From sequence record MN158210.1: a stretch of DNA of 52,716 bases; one strand, written 5' to 3'. Made by a program: the position numbers and the translations under genes. Below, one piece after another: positions 38,336 through 46,601 of this stretch. Numbering within the stretch: position 1 is the stretch's first letter; each line of letters starts with the position of its first letter. Below the pieces are notes generated by a model. It saw only the letters and a list, made by a program, of their open reading frames with translations. It was not told the DNA's origin and ran no database searches. This DNA comes from Escherichia phage BEK12A.

Positions 38336-38553
38336 TTGATCCGCTCTATTGCAACCAGAAGTCGATCAGGCTGGCGGTCGCTGTAGCATTCTCCTGTAAT
38401 CCCATCCTTAAACGTAAAGTAAAGCGCCTTATGATATGAAAAACCAATCAGCCAACCTACCGACGTTTTTTTGATGGGCCTGACTATATCGCCAGGCTTG
38501 AAGGTTTTTGTTGCTGAATTAGTAACCTTATAGCGATATTCAGTCTTGATCAT
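38332..38553 (-). CDS. hypothetical protein
   Basis: ATG at codon 40 of the 38670 ORF, overlapping HNH stop; about 73 aa; stop TAG in box. Confidence 0.4.
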   Translation of the reverse strand: MIKTEYRYKVTNSATKTFKPGDIVRPIKKTSVGWLIGFSYHKALYFTFKDGITGECYSDRQPDRLLVAIERIK

Positions 38554-39061
38554 AAGGCTTCTCGCTTCCGTGGTTTTCGTGGAATCCGTACTTTTTCCAA
38601 ATAGCATCTCTTGATGATACAGCGCTATCAATTGATGCATGATAACCACCAGAAATACACCTGCCATCAACAGTTACTTGTACGCACCATTTAGACACCC
38701 TCTTATTCCACATCACGCCAGTATAACCAGATTTATTTGTCGATCTCCTTGTGTGGTTTTGTGAGTTTTGTTTTCTTGTGACAAGCCGGAGGTTTTCGAT
38801 TCTATTGTCATCTCTTATGTGATTCACGTGATCTATCTCCATTCCTTTTGGTATTGTTTTTCCATGCATCCACCAAACAATCCAATGCGCCGGATACTCT
38901 CTGCCACCAATACCTATACGTCTATATCCGTTTTTAGTTATATAACCTGCCTCATCGCCAATTTTTGCCCGTCTTCCTGATGGGCTTTTCCATAATAGAC
39001 GACCATTTTCATATATAAATAAATTTAGAAGTACTTGCCTTGAAATTCCGCTATTGCACAT
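38540..39061 (-). CDS. HNH homing endonuclease
   Basis: HWIVWWMHG...EIDHVNHIRDDNRIENLRLVTRKQNSQN. Confidence 0.8.
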   Translation of the reverse strand: MCNSGISRQVLLNLFIYENGRLLWKSPSGRRAKIGDEAGYITKNGYRRIGIGGREYPAHWIVWWMHGKTIPKGMEIDHVNHIRDDNRIENLRLVTRKQNSQNHTRRSTNKSGYTGVMWNKRVSKWCVQVTVDGRCISGGYHASIDSAVSSRDAIWKKYGFHENHGSEKPYDQD

Positions 39062-39252
39062 TTAAATCCCACCTCGCGTCTTTCAAGAGTCCATTGCTCA
39101 CCTTGAGCATCAACAACGTAACCAGCTACAGCGCCTAAAACCCTTCCCATAATTATCTCATAGCGTTTCCCTTCCTTAAAATGCTGACCTGGCTTTACGC
39201 TGTTCATGTGGTGGTAAACTTTTGTGCATTTTATTGTTCTCTTCTTTGTCAT
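39025..39252 (-). CDS. hypothetical protein
   Basis: 75 aa; RBS AAAGGAGAAATAAACG. Confidence 0.45.
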   Translation of the reverse strand: MTKKRTIKCTKVYHHMNSVKPGQHFKEGKRYEIIMGRVLGAVAGYVVDAQGEQWTLERREVGFKCAIAEFQGKYF

Positions 39253-39283
39253 CGTTTATTTCTCCTTTCGTTTCGGTGAAGTG

Positions 39284-39327
39284 ATTATGCCAGGTTTTTA
39301 CACCTGGCTTTTAACAAAAAGTGCTAT
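39284..39327 (-). promoter_or_regulatory. conserved box - hairpin - CATAAT module (leftward)
   Basis: minus strand ATAGCACTTTTTGTTAAAAG, CCAGGTGTAAAAACCTGG, CATAAT, CACCGAAACGAA. Confidence 0.6.
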
Positions 39328-40010
39328 TTTGAGTTTGACTCAAAGACGGCGCGAGCAAATCCGCGCGGAGTGAGGGAGCGTAGTTGCTTTGTTCTGGCAG
39401 ACTTACCGCCTAAAAACTTCCAACCCCAAAAGAACATTACGCCCTCATCATTGGATAACGGCTTGCGTTCCGGTTCTGTAAATCCGTTGCCGCACCAGAT
39501 AGCAGTCCTTTTTGTGTAGCCATCCTTTAGCGGCATCTTGGGGTGAAAAGATCCATCGGATTCGTCCAGGTAGTTACCAAAATCGCGAGGATTGAAATAA
39601 AAATCAGGCTTGCGCCATAGCGTTGATAGTCGGCCTACAGGATTCTCAGCCATCCAGGGAACACCGAAATGATTCCCGACAGTTTCAACCATGATTGCAT
39701 TTTTGAGCGCAACCTGAATATCATCATCGCTTCGCACGTGCTTGATTCCTGATTGGGCAAACATGGTGCAGTCTGGAAATCCAAATACAATATCTGGTTT
39801 TGGAATACCAATCTTACTGATTCTTTCAATGAAATTTTCATCAATCCACATATTCACATAATGCAGATTTTCATGTTTCATCTTGATGAAATATTCGCCG
39901 TGATTGCCTTCATCAGCGTTAAAGCAATAGCATTGATAGCCAGCCTTCGCATATTCAAGCAGCATGATTCCAGATCCATCAAACATTGAGTAAGCAACTT
40001 TATTTCCCAT
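39324..40010 (-). CDS. putative DNA methyltransferase-like protein (divergent C5-cytosine MTase-like motifs)
   Basis: FDGSG (motif I-like), GFPDCTMFAQSG (PC-motif-like with an insertion), ENPVG (ENV-like); divergent, so assignment is tentative. Confidence 0.35.
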   Translation of the reverse strand: MGNKVAYSMFDGSGIMLLEYAKAGYQCYCFNADEGNHGEYFIKMKHENLHYVNMWIDENFIERISKIGIPKPDIVFGFPDCTMFAQSGIKHVRSDDDIQVALKNAIMVETVGNHFGVPWMAENPVGRLSTLWRKPDFYFNPRDFGNYLDESDGSFHPKMPLKDGYTKRTAIWCGNGFTEPERKPLSNDEGVMFFWGWKFLGGKSARTKQLRSLTPRGFARAVFESNSK

Positions 40011-40527
40011 GATTTTTATGATACCCCAATTCATTCTCGGCTTTACGTTTTGCGGCAACAGCATCTCCAAAACTGGAAAAACAACCTATATAAATCCTAC
40101 TTCCTCTCCTTCCGCCTCCAACCCTTACAACCCATTTGCCATGTTTATTTTTATGCACACCTGGTATGCCACTTGTATTGTTTTTCTGCTTTGATGTGTT
40201 TCGCATATTTCCTTTGTGATCTTTTAACTCAAAGTTTATTGCTCTGTTATCAGTCGTAATGTGATTTACGTGATCAACCTCCTTTCCTTCCGGTATAGGC
40301 CCATAGTGCATTTCATAGCATATTCTATGAACTTTCAGGTTATAACGTTTTCCGTTTACAGTAAGTGCAGTTTCTAAATATCTGCCACCACTACCCAAAG
40401 AGCCAACCTCATTACCAGCATTGCAAGCATTCCATTGTTTAACTCTTGATGGGTGAATATCTTTTCTTTCTTTCCAGAACAGCTTTCCAGTTTCTGGATT
40501 GTATGTAAAGTAATCGTGCCAATTCAT
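40000..40527 (-). CDS. HNH homing endonuclease (HNH plus AP2-like)
   Basis: HRICYEMHYGPIPEGKEVDHVNHITTDNRAIN; C-terminal AP2-like segment similar to 528..1019. Confidence 0.8.
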   Translation of the reverse strand: MNWHDYFTYNPETGKLFWKERKDIHPSRVKQWNACNAGNEVGSLGSGGRYLETALTVNGKRYNLKVHRICYEMHYGPIPEGKEVDHVNHITTDNRAINFELKDHKGNMRNTSKQKNNTSGIPGVHKNKHGKWVVRVGGGRRGSRIYIGCFSSFGDAVAAKRKAENELGYHKNHGK

Positions 40528-40535
40528 TCATTACC

Positions 40536-40763
40536 TCAAAACGGAAAACAGCGCGCACAACCAGGATCGAAATCGCATCCACAATCATTAACAATCATAG
40601 TGGGATCTGCAAATATTGCGCTTGATTCAAGATCCATATCCATATCACCTAAAGCCTCATCAAGAGTCTTAATTTTATATGCCACTTCAAGCGCCGCCTC
40701 TTTATTTAGTCCGGCATCTTCTGCCATTTGAAGGCGATCAAAAAAACCGTCCTGACTCATCAC
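40536..40763 (-). CDS. hypothetical acidic protein
   Basis: 75 aa with C-terminal Cys cluster CGCDFDPGCARC. Confidence 0.4.
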   Translation of the reverse strand: MMSQDGFFDRLQMAEDAGLNKEAALEVAYKIKTLDEALGDMDMDLESSAIFADPTMIVNDCGCDFDPGCARCFPF

Positions 40764-40873
40764 ATAACTCCCTTAATAACAGCCAAGATAATAGCCAGAC
40801 CAGCAGCAGTAACCAAAAAACCAACCGCGCCAATAATCGAATAAAAAAAGAAATCAATAGCTTTATCTATCAT
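40762..40873 (-). CDS. small hydrophobic membrane peptide (about 37 aa, not in ORF track)
   Basis: MIDKAIDFFFYSIIGAVGFLVTAAGLAIILAVIKGVM; RBS GAGGTGG; coordinates approximate. Confidence 0.3.
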
Positions 40874-40887
40874 TTTCCACCTCATTT

Positions 40888-40912
40888 AAAAGGCGGCAAA
40901 ACGCCGCCAGAT
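40888..40912 (-). terminator. hairpin with T-run (leftward), attenuator-like
   Basis: minus strand GGCGGCGTTTTGCCGCC plus TTTT. Confidence 0.35.
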
Positions 40913-40915
40913 TAA

Positions 40916-41143
40916 TTAAAGAGCGCGCCAACTTTGAATATAGAAAGCGTTTTCTTCCAGTAATTCTTTTAACTGATCTTTATTGTATTTGCGCACCTTG
41001 CCGCCTGGATGGATACCAATAAGATAGCCGCCTTTGCCCTCTGTGATAGTGATTTGGCTAATTCCGCAGGACTTATCAAGTTTTACAGCCACGCGGTGAT
41101 GAGCGTCAATAGTTGCCATAATGTTTAAAACTTTTGCTTTCAT
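40916..41143 (-). CDS. hypothetical protein
   Basis: 75 aa; RBS GAGGA. Confidence 0.45.
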   Translation of the reverse strand: MKAKVLNIMATIDAHHRVAVKLDKSCGISQITITEGKGGYLIGIHPGGKVRKYNKDQLKELLEENAFYIQSWRAL

Positions 41144-41255
41144 TTAAATATCCTCAATTGAAATATGAATGACGTGGCGCTCTTTTTCCGTCGCCTCCGT
41201 AATGGTCATTTGCAACAGCTACCATCCAGGAATTATGGAATATTATTAGCTTCAT

Positions 41256-41537
41256 CTAATTAATGCCAACAACGTTAAAACTTACAGCTTTTGTTGCGCT
41301 AAATACATACGCTTCAACAGCCTCACCAAATACACGAATTTTACCCTGGCCGTACTGCGCATTCATATTTCGCCAAACCGTTCTATTAGAGCAGAATGCG
41401 CTACCAGTCTTAATAAGCGTATCCATCTCTTTTCTTAGATCGCGATAGTCAAGCCAGAATCTAAAGGCGCGCTGTTTAATTCGCGCCGCCTTGATTTTTT
41501 CTCTTGCGCTATTGAAATCATTCTTTTCGTATGCCAT
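41256..41537 (-). CDS. hypothetical protein
   Basis: 93 aa, basic. Confidence 0.45.
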   Translation of the reverse strand: MAYEKNDFNSAREKIKAARIKQRAFRFWLDYRDLRKEMDTLIKTGSAFCSNRTVWRNMNAQYGQGKIRVFGEAVEAYVFSATKAVSFNVVGIN

Positions 41538-41734
41538 TAAATGATCTCCATGTATGTTTCAAAGCCATTTAACTTGAACAGGCCGTTTTCACATTTGCGC
41601 ACGTTCCAAGTTAGCCCTGAGTGGTACGCCTCCATATCATCAAGGTCAATGGTGATTTCAGCACCTTTCTTAAACAAACCTTTTTCGTGAGACTTGTCGC
41701 GCTTAACAACTTTAACATCAACCTGATTTTCCAT
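41537..41734 (-). CDS. hypothetical protein
   Basis: ATG at codon 18 of the 41785 ORF with RBS GAGGA; about 65 aa. Confidence 0.45.
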   Translation of the reverse strand: MENQVDVKVVKRDKSHEKGLFKKGAEITIDLDDMEAYHSGLTWNVRKCENGLFKLNGFETYMEII

Positions 41735-41764
41735 CTTTAAATCCTCGTTCGTTGTCGATGGGTG

Positions 41765-41809
41765 TAATATACCATTCAGGCGCACATCGTTTTTAACAAA
41801 AAGTGCTAT
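41765..41809 (-). promoter_or_regulatory. conserved box - TATATT - CATCGACAACGAA module (leftward)
   Basis: minus strand ATAGCACTTTTTGTTAAAAAC, then 17-18 bp, then TATATT. Confidence 0.6.
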
Positions 41810-42096
41810 TCAACAACTTTTCCAGTTAAAGAGATAAGTTGCCTTGTAATATTGTGGCGGCGATACTGACGCGCAACAACAGGAAGGCTTTCACCGCTTT
41901 GATGACCAAAACAGATCGGCAATTCACCTTCAAGGGAGCGGAAGCCACCAAATTCAAGATCCCGCACTGGCTTCGTGCGCCAGGCTTCAATAAATCCGCG
42001 CTCGTCACGAGTGATATAGCGGTATATATTTGGGAGGGGCAATTGTATCCCCTCAAAATCCACTGTGTCGGTGTAGCTGTAAAACTTAGAACTCAT
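41806..42096 (-). CDS. hypothetical protein
   Basis: ATG at codon 18 of the 42147 ORF; stop TAG in box. Confidence 0.4.
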   Translation of the reverse strand: MSSKFYSYTDTVDFEGIQLPLPNIYRYITRDERGFIEAWRTKPVRDLEFGGFRSLEGELPICFGHQSGESLPVVARQYRRHNITRQLISLTGKVVE

Positions 42097-42239
42097 AGTC
42101 AACAACTCCAAACTCGTTAACGATTTGCGCCTTGTAGAATCCGCCATTTTTCGCCAGGTTGTAACAAGCGGCTACGGTTTCAAATTCGCGCGCTTCCGGC
42201 TGGCTGTTTTCGTGTTCCCAGGTAATCAGAGTAACCATT
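42087..42239 (-). CDS. small hypothetical protein (about 50 aa, not in ORF track)
   Basis: MVTLITWEHENSQPEAREFE...; first ORF after the 42273-42316 module; coordinates approximate. Confidence 0.3.
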
Positions 42240-42272
42240 TTCAAATCCTCGCATTCGTTGTCGATGCGTGTA

Positions 42273-42316
42273 ATGTACAGGAATGCGAGGATTGAGTTTT
42301 AACAAAAAGTGCTATT
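42273..42316 (-). promoter_or_regulatory. conserved box - TACATT - CATCGACAACGAA module (leftward)
   Basis: minus strand ATAGCACTTTTTGTTAAAAC, then 18 bp, then TACATT; stop TAA of upstream gene abuts box. Confidence 0.6.
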
Positions 42317-42579
42317 TAGTCCAGGAATTCGATTTCACGCTCTCCAGTTAACGGATCTACAAGCCAGAATCCGAGCGGTTCGCCGTGAACACCGCCATAG
42401 AATCCAAGCGCCGTCAGATCTTCACCTTTAACAAATACCAGGTTTCCGCTACGGCTTACGTGAGACACGTTAACGATAACCGGAAATGTGCGATCCTTAA
42501 ATGCGGGCCGCAGGGCGTAGCATCCGTTGTTGAGCAAACGTGCTTTGCGCTTAACTGGAATAGGTGCATTAATTTTCAT
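42316..42579 (-). CDS. hypothetical protein
   Basis: 87 aa; RBS AAGGAG. Confidence 0.5.
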   Translation of the reverse strand: MKINAPIPVKRKARLLNNGCYALRPAFKDRTFPVIVNVSHVSRSGNLVFVKGEDLTALGFYGGVHGEPLGFWLVDPLTGEREIEFLD

Positions 42580-42591
42580 GGTTATTACTCC

Positions 42592-42804
42592 TTATCGTAA
42601 AGATTTAAAGACGTATAGTTTATTGCGGTAACTATATATCCGCATTGTTATTTCTCGCAGTGCAATATATTCCTTCCTGTTTTCCGGCAGACTGGCGAGC
42701 AACAACAGGCAGTATTTATAAGCGCGGTCAAGATTTCTTTCCGTGCCCCTGCAATATCCCTTGTTGCGCCTGGAGCGGTACAGCCATAACAATTTCTTGA
42801 ACAT
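42592..42804 (-). CDS. hypothetical protein (start uncertain)
   Basis: internal ATG chosen to avoid overlap with upstream gene. Confidence 0.3.
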   Translation of the reverse strand: MFKKLLWLYRSRRNKGYCRGTERNLDRAYKYCLLLLASLPENRKEYIALREITMRIYSYRNKLYVFKSLR

Positions 42805-42805
42805 T

Positions 42806-43015
42806 TCAGATACGCCCATACAGATCACAGACTTCGTTGATAAAACAGCGTTGAGACTCTTTATCCTGCTTCTCAAACATCGCAAGGCATTCAAACTTAT
42901 GATTATGCACGATGACTACAACCATGTTTTCAGGCATTGAGCGGTTATAGCGTTGCGCATCACTGATTGAAACGTCCATACCCATTTCATGTGCTTTCTT
43001 GATCACATCCAACAT
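42806..43015 (-). CDS. hypothetical protein
   Basis: ATG at codon 9 of the 43039 ORF (ORF-track start is TTG). Confidence 0.4.
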   Translation of the reverse strand: MLDVIKKAHEMGMDVSISDAQRYNRSMPENMVVVIVHNHKFECLAMFEKQDKESQRCFINEVCDLYGRI

Positions 43016-43269
43016 TTTTTCTTCTCCTGCAATAAGCAAACATCATTGATAAAATCAGCACGGCCCTTAATGTTGCTGATGTGGAACGTCTTTTCAGCGT
43101 ACAGGCCATCACCTTCAATCACGATCATTACGCGAGTCGGTTTATTCACGGGCGCACACGAAAAGAGTGGTCGCGCCGGAAGAAATTTAGTCATCACATC
43201 CAGGTTAGCCCTGGCGGCCCTGCAAAATGCCTCCGCCAGATCCAAATCATTTTCGGTAATCACCGCCAT
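43003..43269 (-). CDS. hypothetical protein
   Basis: 88 aa, ATGA-type coupling to upstream gene. Confidence 0.45.
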   Translation of the reverse strand: MAVITENDLDLAEAFCRAARANLDVMTKFLPARPLFSCAPVNKPTRVMIVIEGDGLYAEKTFHISNIKGRADFINDVCLLQEKKKCWM

Positions 43270-43541
43270 TACTTCTTGATCTCCTCACTGATAAATTTCA
43301 GCACCTGACGTAAGAAAACCTCGTTGTTGATAGTCGCTGGCAATTCTTCTTTCACTTCTTGCGGCAGATAGATATTGCCGTGCCAGGTCAAGCAATCGTA
43401 GTTGATGCGATAAGAGCAAAGCCACTCGCAATCGTTATCTGCTTCCCAAATGCAGAGTTGCAGAACATCGCCAAAATCCTCAACAGTCAGATCCAGACCG
43501 TGACGCTTAGCGAAGTTGAAAGTGGTTTTGCTGATGTTCAT
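43269..43541 (-). CDS. hypothetical protein (first gene of leftward early operon)
   Basis: 90 aa; RBS CAGGAGA. Confidence 0.5.
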   Translation of the reverse strand: MNISKTTFNFAKRHGLDLTVEDFGDVLQLCIWEADNDCEWLCSYRINYDCLTWHGNIYLPQEVKEELPATINNEVFLRQVLKFISEEIKK

Positions 43542-43575
43542 TGCTATCTCCTGAGCGGTTCGTTTCGATGTGTGT

Positions 43576-43619
43576 AATGTACCCGATCAGGTGGTCTGAG
43601 TTTTAACAAAAAGTGCTAT
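43576..43619 (-). promoter_or_regulatory. conserved box - TACATT - CATCGAAACGAA module heading the leftward early operon
   Basis: minus strand ATAGCACTTTTTGTTAAAAC, then 18 bp, then TACATT; no gene upstream, so it acts as operon leader. Confidence 0.6.
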
Positions 43620-43644
43620 TTGACGGTTAGCGCCAGGATTGTGA

Positions 43645-43745
43645 TCGAAATAATCAAAAGTAATCATTCGTAATCAAATCACGTCAAAATGATGATTGCC
43701 TTTGCAAATTTTATGAGAAAAGTAATCACGTTTAATCATTGGTTG
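43645..43745. repeat. phased TAATCA direct repeats (iteron-like)
   Basis: TAATCA at about 43651, 43661, 43671 (10-bp phasing) and again near 43723 and 43734. Confidence 0.5.
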
Positions 43746-43889
43746 CAGGGGAGATAGTGAAACCTTCCCCTCTTGCCTCACTTTTTTGCCTGGCTGTCAG
43801 TGGTTGTTATGTTCCGTTCCCTCCTGTTCTTTTGTTGACCTTCCGCAAAATACGATAACAAAAAATAACAAACAATACCTATATAATAC

Positions 43890-44030
43890 ATTGAAAAATA
43901 AGGATTATTTATTTATATGTATCTATATATTCTCTTTTGTTATCTTGGTTATTGTGGTATTTGGTGGGGGTATATAGTTTTTGTGTATCTGTATGTGTGT
44001 ATGGGTATGTAGGGGCATATATATCTATAT
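43890..44030. repeat. AT-rich noncoding repeat region B (homologous to 22255-22460)
   Basis: TATTTATTTATATGTATCTATAT..TTTTGTTATCTTGG..TTGTGG..TTTGGTG..GTATCTGTATGTG. Confidence 0.6.
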
Positions 44031-44158
44031 GGCGCTTTCCGCGAGAAAACTTCGATAACAGGCAATGATAACATTGATTTATAAGGAAAAATAACTCCTA
44101 TATTGTTATTGTGCCACCATATAAAATTGATAAAACACGCAGGAACAAGAAAAAACAG

Positions 44159-44187
44159 TTGACACATTAAATAGCATTATTGATAAT
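44159..44187 (+). promoter_or_regulatory. consensus sigma-70 promoter (TTGACA-17-GATAAT) for rightward early operon
   Basis: perfect -35, 17-bp spacer, good -10, about 30 nt upstream of 44216 start. Confidence 0.7.
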
Positions 44188-44215
44188 GCCCACACCTAAC
44201 AACCAGGAGGCAGAA

Positions 44216-44680
44216 ATGAGCGAGCAATCATTCACTGACACGCTGCGCCGTGCCGCTATTATGCTGGCTAATGGCGAGGAAGAGACGATCAAGATTCCTG
44301 ACGCGTATTTGCAGGTCCACATGTTCGGCAAGAAGTCGGCAAGCAATCCGGCGGCCTACATTCGCCAGATCATGAGTCGAGTGCCAGAAGTCGCCGAGCG
44401 GGGGCGCGTATCCGTTACCCGTGGCGTTTACGGGCCGGAAGATGAAAACTTCGGTAGCACTTTCTACGAGGTGCGCATTGTTGAAGGCCGTCGCAAGGTT
44501 TACAACAAAGAGGCACTGGAAAGGGCAGTACGCCAGGCTAAGCGCAAGGTTGCAGAGGCGATCATTGATATGTCACCAAACCTGGCAAACTATGCGCCGG
44601 AAGAGTACGAAACATTATCAAAGGCCGTCGCTGACTTTCACGCGATGATCAAAAAAACTTTCCTGGAGGATGAGCAATGA
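44216..44680 (+). CDS. hypothetical early protein
   Basis: ATG at codon 13 of the 44180 ORF with RBS AGGAGG; about 154 aa. Confidence 0.5.
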   Translation: MSEQSFTDTLRRAAIMLANGEEETIKIPDAYLQVHMFGKKSASNPAAYIRQIMSRVPEVAERGRVSVTRGVYGPEDENFGSTFYEVRIVEGRRKVYNKEALERAVRQAKRKVAEAIIDMSPNLANYAPEEYETLSKAVADFHAMIKKTFLEDEQ

Positions 44681-44949
44681 AAAAGGCATTAATCAGCGTT
44701 TTGGTGGCAATGGCATTCCTGACCGGATGTAAAGAGGATGGCGCGCATGTTGGCAATGTGCAGATGGCTAACCCTGGCGATAACTACAGCGTAAGGGAGC
44801 TATTCACCGTTGACGGTTGCACCGTTTACCGATTCTATGACGATCGCACTGTTTACTTCACCAACTGCAAGGGCACTACTAGCTGGGGAGTGTCGAAAAG
44901 CAATGGCAAAGGCACGAAGACAGAACATATGACCGTCGAGACAAAATAG
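44677..44949 (+). CDS. lipoprotein of unknown function
   Basis: MKKALISVLVAMAFLTGCKE lipobox signal; ATGA coupling. Confidence 0.5.
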   Translation: MKKALISVLVAMAFLTGCKEDGAHVGNVQMANPGDNYSVRELFTVDGCTVYRFYDDRTVYFTNCKGTTSWGVSKSNGKGTKTEHMTVETK

Positions 44950-44989
44950 CACTTTTTGTTAAAACTCGAAAACGATAACCAGACATAAT
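44946..44989 (+). promoter_or_regulatory. conserved box - CATAAT module
   Basis: ATAGCACTTTTTGTTAAAAC, 18 bp, CATAAT, then hairpin GGGCGGCACGGCGTCGCCC; stop TAG in box. Confidence 0.6.
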
Positions 44990-45043
44990 AAATCACATAG
45001 GGCGGCACGGCGTCGCCCACAAAACCAATCAGGAGAAAGCACC

Positions 45044-45940
45044 ATGTTAAAACTTGCTGACATTAAATTCCCGATCACCTTCGAATCTCGCGGCATTGGT
45101 CATTACATTTTTACTGATGAAAAAACATGCCATAGAGTTGATTTGCATAGCTACAAGCGTGCGCCATCAATCATGGAGATTGAACACTTCATTGATGCAC
45201 ATAACAAGCACTACAACGCCCTTAAAGACTATGGCTATGCAATGCCAGGCTACACATGTTTGCACTACAAGCCATATAAGGGCCAGGTTCTACCAGTGCG
45301 ACCGATGCAACCATTGCGACCGCAGGACGTAGCAAGCCAGACAACTTACAAGCGATTAGATGAAGTGATCAAGAAATCAGTGAAAGAAGCGACTAAGCTG
45401 ACGGTTGATAAAATCAAGTATCCGATCACGTTCCATACAGTAGGAAACAGTAAGGTAACTTTCACATCGCGCGAAGATGGCAAATACGAAAGCGGTAACG
45501 CGACTGGTTACAAGGTTGATTACTTTGTTGACTGCCACAATGATTACAATCCTGAAAACGAAAAAGGTATAGTTTACTACGTGGAAGACCTTGCAAAGCA
45601 CATTTTTTCGATTCCAGACTACTGGAAGATTAACAAGGTGGGCGACGCTATTCACAACCAGGTAGAGCAATCCCTAAACGACCGTTGCAAGACTTTACGC
45701 ATCGAAAAAGGCGAAGTGGTCACTATTGGGCGCATTGAGTCCATGCCGCTTGGGGCCAAACTCCTGGCTATCCAGGACGACGAGGGCAACTATCAAGATG
45801 TGGTAATGCCGATCGTTAAAATTGAAGTGCACGACGACAACATTTGTCTACTGTCACATTTTGGCGGGTACAAGAGCAAGCGGTTTACGGCTGAGCTAAA
45901 TATCAAGCGCGGAACGTTTGCTAAGTGGAAGTTTGACTGA
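45044..45940 (+). CDS. hypothetical protein with internal tandem duplication
   Basis: 298 aa; IKFPITFESRG...HFIDAHNKHYN and IKYPITFHTVG...YFVDCHNDYN repeat units. Confidence 0.5.
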   Translation: MLKLADIKFPITFESRGIGHYIFTDEKTCHRVDLHSYKRAPSIMEIEHFIDAHNKHYNALKDYGYAMPGYTCLHYKPYKGQVLPVRPMQPLRPQDVASQTTYKRLDEVIKKSVKEATKLTVDKIKYPITFHTVGNSKVTFTSREDGKYESGNATGYKVDYFVDCHNDYNPENEKGIVYYVEDLAKHIFSIPDYWKINKVGDAIHNQVEQSLNDRCKTLRIEKGEVVTIGRIESMPLGAKLLAIQDDEGNYQDVVMPIVKIEVHDDNICLLSHFGGYKSKRFTAELNIKRGTFAKWKFD

Positions 45941-45982
45941 TAGCACTTTTTGTTAAAACTCAAATGTGGGGCCAGATATAAT
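45940..45982 (+). promoter_or_regulatory. conserved box - hairpin - TATAAT module
   Basis: ATAGCACTTTTTGTTAAAAC, GGGCCAGATATAATGGCCC with TATAAT 17-18 bp after box; stop TGA abuts box. Confidence 0.6.
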
Positions 45983-46012
45983 GGCCCTACTTTCAACGAG
46001 AGGGGAAACGCG

Positions 46013-46240
46013 ATGGAAAGTTTAATCATCCAGAAAAAAATGAAGTGTGTCAGTGTAGCGCCAGGTTGCGGCTTTATGTTCACAGTGGGGCATATCTACT
46101 CCGCGCAGAAAATGAGAACATCAACCGGATCGTTTTACGTCAATAACAATCAAGGATTCCGTATGTTCCTGAACGGTCAAAACGGCAACGCAATTTGCGC
46201 TTACGCCGACCTTATCGCAACCTTTGAGGAAGTCAAATAA
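46013..46240 (+). CDS. hypothetical protein
   Basis: ATG at codon 22 of the 45950 ORF with RBS GAGAGGGG. Confidence 0.4.
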   Translation: MESLIIQKKMKCVSVAPGCGFMFTVGHIYSAQKMRTSTGSFYVNNNQGFRMFLNGQNGNAICAYADLIATFEEVK

Positions 46241-46599
46241 TGTTCAAGAGCTACAAAGACGTTGATTTTCGCGTAAGCCATATCATCGAACGCAACCAGT
46301 CAGTAGATCAGATTGGTCACAATGTGGCGATGAAAATCGTAGCGAAAAAGGACGAGCTAACCAAAAAGGCCGTCAAGGAATTTTACGGGATTGACGATCC
46401 CTACTTGGCTGTTTCCCGTGTAGCTCGCATATCAGACAATTGGGGACGCGAGCGATTCATTGATGGCGAAACTGGCGAGGCCATCATTGAATTTAATAAT
46501 CAGCAATCGCGCATTGCAAGCGGCGGCCTGGCTGATTATTGCGTCGCGATTATCAAAGCGAAGGTTAACAGCAAAATTGCTCACGCGTTTAAGGATTAA
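46240..46599 (+). CDS. hypothetical protein
   Basis: 119 aa ORF, coupled. Confidence 0.45.
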   Translation: MFKSYKDVDFRVSHIIERNQSVDQIGHNVAMKIVAKKDELTKKAVKEFYGIDDPYLAVSRVARISDNWGRERFIDGETGEAIIEFNNQQSRIASGGLADYCVAIIKAKVNSKIAHAFKD

Positions 46600-46601
46600 T
46601 C

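Noticed and set aside
43786-43977. 63-aa plus ORF inside noncoding region B
   Set aside because: Low-complexity translation of the AT/TG-rich repeat block (ILVIVVFGGGI), no RBS, non-ATG start; the region is better explained as regulatory DNA.
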